A stretch of 64,000 nt of DNA from an uncultured Oleiphilus sp. (GCA_913020245.1 CAJWAD010000002.1:2788-66787), one strand, 5' to 3'; numbered from the stretch's first letter, positions 20,353 to 28,455 are shown. Notes: generated by a model not told the origin, from the sequence alone. Made by a program: numbers and translations.

Positions 20353-22181
20353 CGTGCCACTCCTACAGGCGCATTTTTTAAGTGGGTCAATTCCTGTTGA
20401 ATTGATATGTATACAGCGCCCAATTGTTCAGCAAAAAATCTACCCTTGCCCCTCGGAACATCTGCTTGCTCCGTATCAATCCAAACGCAATTTTCGGACG
20501 CTTTCGAGAGCGTTAAATCAGCCCGCGTCCGTCCATCCGAAATAATATAATTTGTTAGGTTTACGCTAGTGTTTTGGGCACAAATCGTTTGCGTATACCG
20601 AAACATCTCATCTAACCCTTTTTGCATGGGGGTACCACCTGCCGCTGAAATTGTCTCCAACCAAGCAGATATTTGTTTCGGTGCGCGCACTTTGGCCAGC
20701 AAGGGTTTTATTTCGTTATTACCAAAGCCAAAGACGGCAAGCTGCTCTCTCTTTAAGTAGGCTTTGCGCGCAATTTCAGCAAGCGCACCTTTGGCAAAAG
20801 CGAAGACATCGCCTTGCAAAGTAGAGGCTGAGGTGTCAAACAACACGACATGCAACGCCGTCTGTCCCGATTTATTTTTGCGAAACCGTAGGCGCTCAGG
20901 TGGCCACTCGCCTATGTTAGCCAGCAAGGTCGCGAACCAATCGGGAGAATGGTTCCATGTAAGCGAGTCGCGGCGGCCGTTTCTATCGCCGCGCCTTACG
21001 TTATTACTAAAATCCGCGGACGGTGGATTCGTTACACGCAATGATTGCTGTGCTTTTTCGATTGGCAGTAATTCGCCAAGCGCGTCAGTGAGCGTTGCGA
21101 TGCCAAGTTTGTGCTGCGATGGCATGCTTCCCCAATCACCTAGCTCAGAGCCGTCAGCTGACTGGGTTTGTGGCTGCGGTGCTTGAGTTTGAGAATTTTG
21201 ATTTGCGCTATGTTTATGCGAATCATCTGGACGTTTAAAATTTGAAGCAGGCCGACGACCCTCGTCGCTAGGCGATTGAGTTGGGCCTGGCGGTGGCGAA
21301 GGACGCGCGCTACGTCGATGCCGGAGTACGAGTTCTGCTACCGCATCAATATCCTCAGCGCTTACTGCATCTCGCCCCACCCATGCCGCATGCGCAAGTG
21401 CGGTACGGTACCAAACGATATCGGCTCTTAAACCGTCTACATTTGCATCAACGCAACGTTTTGCAATGTCTAATCGAAGCGCATCGGAGCAGGTGATGTG
21501 TGGGAGCGCCTTACTCGCATTCAAAATCTTTTCAGTCAGTTGCAATTGTGCTTGTTCATAGCGTGCGCTGTAACCCTCGGGGTCTAAGTCGAAGGCGTCA
21601 CGCGCTTGCACAATTTCAACACGCTCCTCTATTGAGAATTGATTATCTAGCTCAACACACAAACCGAATCGGTCATGGAGCTGCGGCCGCAACTCACCCT
21701 CATCAGGGTTCATCGTACCAATCAATAGGAACTCGGCCGCGTGCTGATGGCTAATACCATCGCGTTCAACGTGATTGATACCACTCGCTGCAACGTCGAG
21801 CAGCAAGTCGACAAGATTGTCCGGTAATAAATTTACTTCATCCACATACAGAACGCCTTGATGCGCTTTACTGAGCAAGCCCGGGTGAAATGCGAGCTCC
21901 TTGCTGTTGAGCACTTTATCAAGACTCAGCGTACCCAGTAACATCTCTTCTGTTGCGCCCAATGGCAAGGTCACAAACGACGCTGCGTTTTGGGCAGGCA
22001 AAAGTTCCGCTAACCCCCGCGCAAGCGTCGATTTAGCGCAGCCTCTAGGCCCACTAATCACCACACCACTGATCGTCGGGTTGATCGCCACGAGCACTAA
22101 AGCCAGCTTAAATTCCTGCTGCCCTACCACCGCCGCAAACGGGAACTCTGATCGCGTTTTATTATGGGTCTGTTCTAGCAT
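20349..22181 (-). CDS. ChlI/ChlD-type AAA+ / von Willebrand A fusion, putative ATPase partner of CobN
   Basis: 610 aa. N-terminal AAA+ domain (VVISGPRGCAKSTLARGL, VLYVDEVNLL), a Pro/Gln/Ser-rich linker and a C-terminal vWA domain with a MIDAS-like DTSAS. No cobS/cobT is seen in the window. Confidence 0.8.
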   Translation of the reverse strand: MLEQTHNKTRSEFPFAAVVGQQEFKLALVLVAINPTISGVVISGPRGCAKSTLARGLAELLPAQNAASFVTLPLGATEEMLLGTLSLDKVLNSKELAFHPGLLSKAHQGVLYVDEVNLLPDNLVDLLLDVAASGINHVERDGISHQHAAEFLLIGTMNPDEGELRPQLHDRFGLCVELDNQFSIEERVEIVQARDAFDLDPEGYSARYEQAQLQLTEKILNASKALPHITCSDALRLDIAKRCVDANVDGLRADIVWYRTALAHAAWVGRDAVSAEDIDAVAELVLRHRRSARPSPPPGPTQSPSDEGRRPASNFKRPDDSHKHSANQNSQTQAPQPQTQSADGSELGDWGSMPSQHKLGIATLTDALGELLPIEKAQQSLRVTNPPSADFSNNVRRGDRNGRRDSLTWNHSPDWFATLLANIGEWPPERLRFRKNKSGQTALHVVLFDTSASTLQGDVFAFAKGALAEIARKAYLKREQLAVFGFGNNEIKPLLAKVRAPKQISAWLETISAAGGTPMQKGLDEMFRYTQTICAQNTSVNLTNYIISDGRTRADLTLSKASENCVWIDTEQADVPRGKGRFFAEQLGAVYISIQQELTHLKNAPVGVAR

Positions 22182-22196
22182 CTTGTGCCCTTCACG

Positions 22197-23591
22197 TTAA
22201 GATTGCCTCGGCCAATGCACATGATGTTCGTCTATGACAAAGCGATGCTTATGCGTATGTTGCGCATGATAATGCGGATGTACATGCGGTTCGGGCCCTT
22301 CCCAGCCTTGATGCTCATGTTGATGGTGCACATCATGCACATGCGGATGCTGATGATTCATCTCAGGGTGCTCATGCCATAGACCCGCCGCCGCATTTTT
22401 TGGCCACACTATTATCGAGAAGCCAGTTGCCACTAGGGCAATGCATCCTATCACGATAAAGGTCATCGTTAAGCCTAAGAGACTGCCTAAAACACCGGCC
22501 AATAAATAGCAAATAAGCCACATACCGTGGGTTAATGAGAAATTGGCGGCAAAATAGTCATTTCTGTCTGACTTATTGCACGAATCCCTAACGAGGCGAC
22601 CACTCACAATCAACACAAACGCACTACCGATGCCTACTAATAACCAAATGGGAAACAACATCAAATAGGCTGGAGATTGTTCTGCAATCAGTCCTGCTAA
22701 CAACATGGCCAGACCAGAAACTGCGCCCCCGGCAAGCATCACCAATCGATCAGAAAACACGGAGAGAATACTCGGTACAACGACTGCGCCAAGCATTGAA
22801 CCGGCCCCCGCGGCTGCCATCAATAATGCAACATACTCGTTAGGTAATAAAAGATTCGCCCGCACATAAATAACCGTATTCACGATGATCATTGCCCCTG
22901 CAGCACTCATCGCTAGATTGGCATATAGAACCGCCTTCAAACGTGGCGTAGACCAATAACTGCGAACGCCAAACGTCAGTTGTTGCCATATGCCGCCGGT
23001 CCGTTCACTTGGTTTCATGCTTGGTATACGGATCACCAGCAAGAAAACCGCCGCCATGACAAACGCCAGAGCATTCAGCCCAAAAAGCCAAGTGTAAGAC
23101 ATACTCAGCAGTAAGGCGGCAGCAATAACCGGGCTCAGTAGCGCTTCGACATCCATCGCTAGACGAGACAGTGATAAACCTTGCGTATACAGCTCATCAT
23201 TTTCTAATACATCAGGCAACAGAGCCTGGTAAACGGGTGTATAGCCGGCGGTAATCACATTTAATACAAATATTAAAACAACGAGCTGCCATAATTCAGA
23301 CACCAGCGGCAGGGCCAAGACAAGAAACGCTCTGATAATATTCAGGCTCAGCAACCACGCCTTACGCGGCAAACGATTCGCATAAGCACCGGCAATTGGC
23401 GCCGTTAGTAAATAAGCCACCATTTTTATCGCCAACACCCCACCCAGTATGATGCCGGCAGACGCCGAGAATTGCTCATAAACAAGCAACGCTAGGGCAA
23501 CGGTCGCTAATCCGGTCCCTAACAAGGAGATAACTTGAGCAAAAAACAAATAGCGAAACACGCTGTTTTTTAAAGGCGTAAATAAACGCAT
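22197..23591 (-). CDS. MFS-type permease with His-rich cytoplasmic C-terminal tail
   Basis: 464 aa with about 12 hydrophobic segments. 20 of the last 59 residues are His (HEHPEMNHQHPHVHDVHHQHEHQ...). The start shares 1 nt with the cbiO stop. Confidence 0.85.
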   Translation of the reverse strand: MRLFTPLKNSVFRYLFFAQVISLLGTGLATVALALLVYEQFSASAGIILGGVLAIKMVAYLLTAPIAGAYANRLPRKAWLLSLNIIRAFLVLALPLVSELWQLVVLIFVLNVITAGYTPVYQALLPDVLENDELYTQGLSLSRLAMDVEALLSPVIAAALLLSMSYTWLFGLNALAFVMAAVFLLVIRIPSMKPSERTGGIWQQLTFGVRSYWSTPRLKAVLYANLAMSAAGAMIIVNTVIYVRANLLLPNEYVALLMAAAGAGSMLGAVVVPSILSVFSDRLVMLAGGAVSGLAMLLAGLIAEQSPAYLMLFPIWLLVGIGSAFVLIVSGRLVRDSCNKSDRNDYFAANFSLTHGMWLICYLLAGVLGSLLGLTMTFIVIGCIALVATGFSIIVWPKNAAAGLWHEHPEMNHQHPHVHDVHHQHEHQGWEGPEPHVHPHYHAQHTHKHRFVIDEHHVHWPRQS

Positions 23592-24271
23592 TACGCGATT
23601 CCTTTAGCGAAACATGCATCCGCTTCCGAAAATCTTGCGGCGTCTAAACGAATGTAGCGCGTTGCAATATCGGCTAAAAACTCATCATCATGTGAAATAA
23701 TAATCATCGCTTGTGGGAGCGTCATTAATACGTCTAGCAAGCGCTTTTGCGCGCGGCTATCGAGCGCATTTGTCGGCTCATCCAATAACAAAACTTGTGG
23801 CTCCATTGCCAGGACCGACGCGAGTGCCACAAGGCGTTTCTCGCCTCCGGATAACTGATGTGCGACACGCTCCTCATAGCCTACCATCCCCAATGAAGCG
23901 AGGGTCTTACGTGCGAGACTTTCAGCCTGTTCTTTACTACGACCCAAATTCAGCGGGCCGAAGGCAACATCTTCAATAACCGTCGGACAGAATAATTGGT
24001 CGTCAGGGTCTTGAAACAAAAAACCAGATTTAGCCCTTACTTCAACAAATTGTGCTTCAGTCTTTCGCACCGAACCATAGGCAAACACCTCACCTGCTTT
24101 CGCTTTTTTCAAGCCGACCAGCAAATGCAAAAAGGTTGTTTTCCCGGCCCCGTTAGGCCCGATCAATGCAACGCGGTCGCCTGCAAACAGCGAGAAATCA
24201 ACGTGCGACAGGACCTCGCCTTGCCTCGGATATCGGTAGCTTAACCCGCGCGTTTCTATTAATGGTTGCAT
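23591..24271 (-). CDS. cbiO: ECF/CbiO-type cobalt transporter ATPase
   Basis: 226 aa. Walker A GPNGAGKTT, signature LSGGEKRL, Walker B LLLDEP. Confidence 0.85.
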   Translation of the reverse strand: MQPLIETRGLSYRYPRQGEVLSHVDFSLFAGDRVALIGPNGAGKTTFLHLLVGLKKAKAGEVFAYGSVRKTEAQFVEVRAKSGFLFQDPDDQLFCPTVIEDVAFGPLNLGRSKEQAESLARKTLASLGMVGYEERVAHQLSGGEKRLVALASVLAMEPQVLLLDEPTNALDSRAQKRLLDVLMTLPQAMIIISHDDEFLADIATRYIRLDAARFSEADACFAKGIA

Positions 24272-24289
24272 GAATACCTCAGCCGCTAT

Positions 24290-25087
24290 TCATAAAATTA
24301 ACGCCATGCCGATTAGCATACCTAAAAAAGGCACACTTAAGGCGACTAAATAATAATCTCGCGCGGCAAGTGACCCATGATCTAACAAATAAAACTGACC
24401 ATGGTAACCACGACATTTCATCGCATTCATAATACGTTCGGAGCGCTCCATGGCGCGAATCAACAGCATTCCGATTAAATAACCAATTGAACGCCATGTG
24501 TGTTTATCTACCCGCAACACGAACGCGCGAGCTTGCATTGCTCGGCGCATGCGCTTGTATTCTTGTCCAATAACATCGAGATAGCGCACCGTAAACAACA
24601 ACAAATGGACCAGCTTTTCAGAAACTCCGATACGCGCCAGAGAATGACCGAACTGCGTCGCACTCATGGTACCCACAACCGCGAGTAATGCGAGCACCAC
24701 GGCATTGGCCTTTACTGCAATTAATACGGCATGAAGCAATCCTTGCCGACTCGCCTGCAAACCGAATAGTTCAAACAAAATATCAGCCGGCACTTTAATC
24801 GGCGTCGTAAAGGGCAACATGATAATTAAAAAAATCATAAACATGTCCATTGCCAATACACGCCTAAATATCCGCTTCATATTTAGCCTGGCGAGCACAA
24901 CGAGCAGCAAGCCAATAAGTAGACCGATACCCGCTACCAACAAGCTATTGGGTAACACGACCACACAGGCGAATAACGCGATTAACACAATGCGCACCCG
25001 TGCATCGAAGCGATCAATTAGAGAGGTTTGATGTTTAAGCTGCTGACCTTTCCAGGAGCTTCCGCTGTGCTCTAAATTTTGGGGCAT
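24290..25087 (-). CDS. cbiQ: ECF transporter transmembrane (T) component CbiQ
   Basis: Polytopic membrane protein in the position expected for cbiQ. I chose the start at the ATG at 25087 (MPQNLEH), 4 nt after the upstream gene stop. The track start 25174 would overlap the upstream gene by 83 nt. Confidence 0.8.
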   Translation of the reverse strand: MPQNLEHSGSSWKGQQLKHQTSLIDRFDARVRIVLIALFACVVVLPNSLLVAGIGLLIGLLLVVLARLNMKRIFRRVLAMDMFMIFLIIMLPFTTPIKVPADILFELFGLQASRQGLLHAVLIAVKANAVVLALLAVVGTMSATQFGHSLARIGVSEKLVHLLLFTVRYLDVIGQEYKRMRRAMQARAFVLRVDKHTWRSIGYLIGMLLIRAMERSERIMNAMKCRGYHGQFYLLDHGSLAARDYYLVALSVPFLGMLIGMALIL

Positions 25088-25091
25088 GGTA

Positions 25092-25670
25092 TTAGCCTGC
25101 CCCGTTGTTTTTTTGGTTGCGCTGCGCCAGCCAAATGCCAACACCGCATAAACCAAAAATATAGCCAATACCACCTAGCATATCTTGCAGCGAGACTTTC
25201 TCTTTATACTCGTTCAGTTCTTTTCGCAATGGACGTATTTGTTTAGCCACTGCTTTTTCTATCATCACTTTAAGTTGCGCGCTGTGTGGATCAAGATCGC
25301 TATCAGATAGCACCGCCTCAACCGCTTTCACCGTTACAATACTGCCTAAAGAATCGGGTAACTCATCTGCAGGCAAGACGTAATTAAAGACATGCCCCGA
25401 GCCTAAATCCGAAAAAATATAGTGGTCAATACGCTGCGTAGCCGTGAAGGCAAAAAAGCCCTCGTCATCTGTTTCAACCACCGTAATTTGCGCACCGCTG
25501 GCATCACGCACAAAAACAACATTACCCGCAGCAGCCATGTCACCATTGGAAAAACCAATTTCACCCTCAACGTCTTCACCAATGGCATAGACCCCACCGA
25601 GCACGTTATGCGCGTTTGCTTCGACAAGACACAGGCTTAGCAAAATAAAAAAGAATGTATGCATTTTCAT
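25092..25670 (-). CDS. secreted/anchored accessory protein of the cobalt transporter (NikL/CbiL-like; function tentative)
   Basis: 192 aa. N-terminal signal-like segment MKMHTFFFILLSLCLVEANA, a beta-rich middle part (VVFVRDASGAQITVVETDDEGFFAF) and a C-terminal TM segment. It occupies the slot where cbiN normally sits. Confidence 0.5.
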   Translation of the reverse strand: MKMHTFFFILLSLCLVEANAHNVLGGVYAIGEDVEGEIGFSNGDMAAAGNVVFVRDASGAQITVVETDDEGFFAFTATQRIDHYIFSDLGSGHVFNYVLPADELPDSLGSIVTVKAVEAVLSDSDLDPHSAQLKVMIEKAVAKQIRPLRKELNEYKEKVSLQDMLGGIGYIFGLCGVGIWLAQRNQKNNGAG

Positions 25671-25674
25671 TGAC

Positions 25675-26280
25675 TTAGTCCGTTATCCCAAGAAGCTCCG
25701 GCTTCACTTTGCTGATAAGCACCACCGCGGCCCCGGTTACAAACCCTTCTATAATCATGATGGGAATGTGCGCAATAAAAGTGACTTTGGCGGCCAGCAG
25801 AAATGCATCACCCGACAAGGCTAGCGACAAGGCCACAAACAGCGTTGTCGCACACGTTGCACCAGCACCGCCCACAACTCCCCAAATTGCGACTGTTCGT
25901 TGATTAGTTGACTGCAAGCCTTTTCGGCATAGGTAAAACACCAAGACCGCCGGCATCGCAATATTGAACGCATTGACCCCTAAAACCAGGAACCCGCCAA
26001 AACCGAAAAATACCGCTTGAAGCAGGAGGGCTACCAGTAAAGCTGGGAATGCAACCCAGCCCAAGGTTAACCCTATCAGGCCATTAAGAATGAGATGCAC
26101 GCTGGAAAAACCCAGCGGCAAATGGATATACGAGGCAACAAAAAAAGCTGCAGATAACACGCCCACCTGAGGCAATTGGTTGTAGTCTAGCTTTCTCAAA
26201 CCGATCGCTACCCCCGCAATGCTTAAAACAGCACCCGTCGCAAGCACGGGTGCCGAGAGTGCACCGTCAACAATATGCAC
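25675..26280 (-). CDS. cbiM: CbiM/NikM substrate-capture (S) component
   Basis: 201 aa. The conserved metal-binding N-terminus MHIVDG is present and the protein is polytopic. Confidence 0.9.
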   Translation of the reverse strand: MHIVDGALSAPVLATGAVLSIAGVAIGLRKLDYNQLPQVGVLSAAFFVASYIHLPLGFSSVHLILNGLIGLTLGWVAFPALLVALLLQAVFFGFGGFLVLGVNAFNIAMPAVLVFYLCRKGLQSTNQRTVAIWGVVGGAGATCATTLFVALSLALSGDAFLLAAKVTFIAHIPIMIIEGFVTGAAVVLISKVKPELLGITD

Positions 26281-26291
26281 CAGCGTTGCCT

Positions 26292-27113
26292 TTACTGAAC
26301 TGGGTGCGCTTGCACCCAGATAACTGCGTCTTGCGAGAGCTCTTTTCCTTTAAACGCTGTCTCAGGACCCACACCTAGCGCTGCAAAACCCCACTGGCCA
26401 GCTTTGGGTAACGCGAAGGTAAATGTTCCATTGGCATCGGCGTAAATGGTCATGGTAATAAACGCATCAGCAGGCACGGCTATATTGGCTTGCGCCGAAA
26501 ACGCCTGTTGGGTTTGATCAGGTAGGTAATTGACATACTCGACTTCAATTTCTGCGAACGGTACTGGCTCACCTAAACTGCGCACAACCCCGGTAAAACT
26601 GCCACCTTCATAGATCGCATAAGGCTTTGATAGCGGTACGATTTCGGCAGGAAGTTTTAAATCTGTGTCCCAATCTGTAGGCAGGCTCGCAACGTTGACG
26701 ACCGTCTTCGTAAATTGCTGAATATAAGCGTCTTCGGTTTCTTCAAGATACGGCGCCATCACAAGCACAAAGATATTATCACCAATACCCTTTAGTTTTG
26801 CTTTGGCTTGATAAGACACACCGGTGTTGTCTGCGCTCGTCCACTCACTTTTGACAAGCTGATCGATTAGGTCGGTCTTTTTACCTTTACGAATGTGATA
26901 AAACTCAAGCGGCTTCTCAACCGCCATGACATGACCATTCGCGGCAGGATGGGTAAACGGCATGGACAATTCGACTAACCCGCCTTTGCTGCGCAATAAC
27001 TCTGGCGTATAAATCATTTGAAAATGTGCGAAAACTGGCGATGAGATGATAGTTAACGCCACCCACAGCGTTAGTTTTTTGAAGACACCCGAAATTTGAA
27101 AGATATTTTTCAC
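26292..27113 (-). CDS. periplasmic NikK/CbiK-like (DUF4198-type) component of the cobalt transporter
   Basis: 273 aa. Signal peptide followed by AHFQMIYTP, typical of DUF4198/NikK proteins. GTG start with GGAG 11 nt upstream. It is the first gene after the B12 riboswitch. Confidence 0.7.
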   Translation of the reverse strand: MKNIFQISGVFKKLTLWVALTIISSPVFAHFQMIYTPELLRSKGGLVELSMPFTHPAANGHVMAVEKPLEFYHIRKGKKTDLIDQLVKSEWTSADNTGVSYQAKAKLKGIGDNIFVLVMAPYLEETEDAYIQQFTKTVVNVASLPTDWDTDLKLPAEIVPLSKPYAIYEGGSFTGVVRSLGEPVPFAEIEVEYVNYLPDQTQQAFSAQANIAVPADAFITMTIYADANGTFTFALPKAGQWGFAALGVGPETAFKGKELSQDAVIWVQAHPVQ

Positions 27114-27123
27114 GTTTATTTTG

Positions 27124-27153
27124 CTCCGTCTGTTACGTGGTTATCAGTCGGAG
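27124..27153 (-). promoter_or_regulatory. putative SD-sequestering hairpin (riboswitch expression platform)
   Basis: On the minus-strand RNA, CUCCGaCUG (27153..27145) can pair with CAGaCGGAG (27132..27124). The latter contains the GGAG Shine-Dalgarno of the first gene. The stem is 9 bp with one mismatch. Confidence 0.4.
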
Positions 27154-27224
27154 TCGAGAAGGGATAGAGTACAATAGCCAAATAGCTTTTTATACTTGAT
27201 GAAGCCCTCCGCAACACCTGTATT

Positions 27225-27456
27225 ACACTTCGCTAGTTTGGTATCCGGACTCATCAGCTGAGCAGTTCTTGCTCGATCATTTCACCTTCCCACAGGGTTT
27301 GCAGCACAGCTAACTACTTAGCTTTGGCGCAATACCATGCAGTGGTTTCTGAAATGATATAACCAATTTACCGTTGCGGGGGCAGTGTCGGGATCGCACG
27401 CATGTGCTCACCGACTTCCCAAAATAACCTGTCGTTTTTTAATTATTTAACAGGTA
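27225..27456 (-). promoter_or_regulatory. cobalamin (B12) riboswitch aptamer
   Basis: Minus-strand RNA reads ..UUGGGAAGUCGGUGAGCACAUGCGUGCGAUCCCGACACUGCCCCCGCAACGGUAAAUUGG..AACCACUGCAUGG..CUGUGGGAAGGUGAAAUGAUC..GAUGAGUCCGGAUACC... These are the conserved GGGAA / GGUG / CUGCCCCCGCAACGGUAA / CCACUG...GGGAAGG blocks and a B12-box-like AGUCCGGAUACC. Confidence 0.85.
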
Positions 27457-27494
27457 CCGCATGCGTTTCCGCATGCACTAACGATGGACGGAGA

Positions 27495-27523
27495 AAGGTA
27501 CGCTGTCTGAGAAAACCTGTCAA
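27495..27523 (-). promoter_or_regulatory. candidate sigma70 promoter for the riboswitch-led operon
   Basis: On the minus strand: TTGACA (27523..27518), a 17-nt spacer, then TACCTT (27500..27495). It lies about 40 nt upstream of the aptamer. The -10 element is weak. Confidence 0.35.
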
Positions 27524-27564
27524 TTCAATTCTTGGGAAAATGAACGCTTAGCACAGGGTTAAAG

Positions 27565-28455
27565 TTAAAGGCGAAACGAGATAGGTACCGCTATAAAACC
27601 TTTGACCGCCTCCTCTTTATGCAACGCCGGATCAAACTGCCACTGCGTGCGGACCACTTCGTAGGCTGCAAAGTCTAAGGGCGAATAATCGCTACCTTGT
27701 AAAATCTCAACATACGTTACCTCGCCCGCCGAATTGACGTGCACACCAAGCAATACGTCGCCCTCCCAACCGCGCTGCTTGGCGATATTCGGATAATTGG
27801 GTCTCGGGTTTTGCGAGCTACCGATCTCATATTTCGGGGGTTGAATGTTTCTCTCTTTAACCACATCACTTTGGGTATCAGCCGCCGGTTCACTCACGGC
27901 CTTCGCAAGTGCGACTGGGTTTTCTGTGTTTGCCATGGCTGCGGTTTGGGGTGCCGCGGCACTATTTTTAACCGGTTTAGGCGGCAATGGCTTTAGCGAT
28001 TCATTTTCCGCTGGCATTGCGGCTTTGGCTGCAAGCGGCGAGACCTGTTTTTTGGTTTTCACCGTTTGAATGGGCGACGGCTGTTTTTTAACGATCGGCT
28101 TAGGCTTGGCAGCAGCGGTTTTAATCGGCAGCGGCTTCACGGCCGATTTTGATTTTAACGCCGGCTTGGGCGTTTGCTTTGGGCTGGCCGCCACCGGTTG
28201 ACTAACTTTATTATTAGCATCCGCTTTTTTTGGCCCTGCCGATTTTTGAACCTTGCTTGGCCTTGCTTTTACTTTTTCACTCTCAGCTGCACTGTCTTCC
28301 TCATCCGCACGGAGCGAAATTCTGTATTCAGTCATACTGGCAACAATGGTTTTGGGTTTTAGCACATCTTTCAGGGCCCAAAGCAGCCCCACGTGCGCAA
28401 ACAAAGCGAACACGACACAGTAATACAATAAATTGTGCGGCTTGTTTATCGGCAT
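27565..28455 (-). CDS. tonB: TonB energy transducer
   Basis: 296 aa. N-terminal TM anchor, a long Pro/Lys/Ala-rich spacer and a C-terminal TonB domain (YPNIAKQRGWEGDVLLGVHVNSAGEV...). No exbB/exbD is adjacent. Confidence 0.85.
   Translation of the reverse strand: MPINKPHNLLYYCVVFALFAHVGLLWALKDVLKPKTIVASMTEYRISLRADEEDSAAESEKVKARPSKVQKSAGPKKADANNKVSQPVAASPKQTPKPALKSKSAVKPLPIKTAAAKPKPIVKKQPSPIQTVKTKKQVSPLAAKAAMPAENESLKPLPPKPVKNSAAAPQTAAMANTENPVALAKAVSEPAADTQSDVVKERNIQPPKYEIGSSQNPRPNYPNIAKQRGWEGDVLLGVHVNSAGEVTYVEILQGSDYSPLDFAAYEVVRTQWQFDPALHKEEAVKGFIAVPISFRL

Noticed and set aside
400-21754. Numerous 60-170-aa plus-strand ORFs in the track inside the cob genes, for example 400..711, 2193..2834, 6044..6472, 6740..7243, 7105..7563, 9094..9480, 10810..11298, 18037..18405, 20764..21186.
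   Set aside because: Each lies antisense to, and entirely within, a long minus-strand gene with clear family motifs. None has an SD or a recognisable domain. They are typical shadow ORFs.
22185-22382. Met-rich 65-aa plus-strand ORF (MHMMFVYDKAMLMRMLRMIMRMYMRF...).
   Set aside because: It is the antisense image of the CAT/CAC-rich His-tail coding region of the MFS gene. The composition is an artefact.
24279-25174. Track start of cbiQ at 25174, and the small ORF 24279..24497.
   Set aside because: The 25174 start would overlap the upstream gene by 83 nt, whereas the ATG at 25087 sits 4 nt after that gene's stop. ORF 24279..24497 is an alternative frame inside cbiQ.
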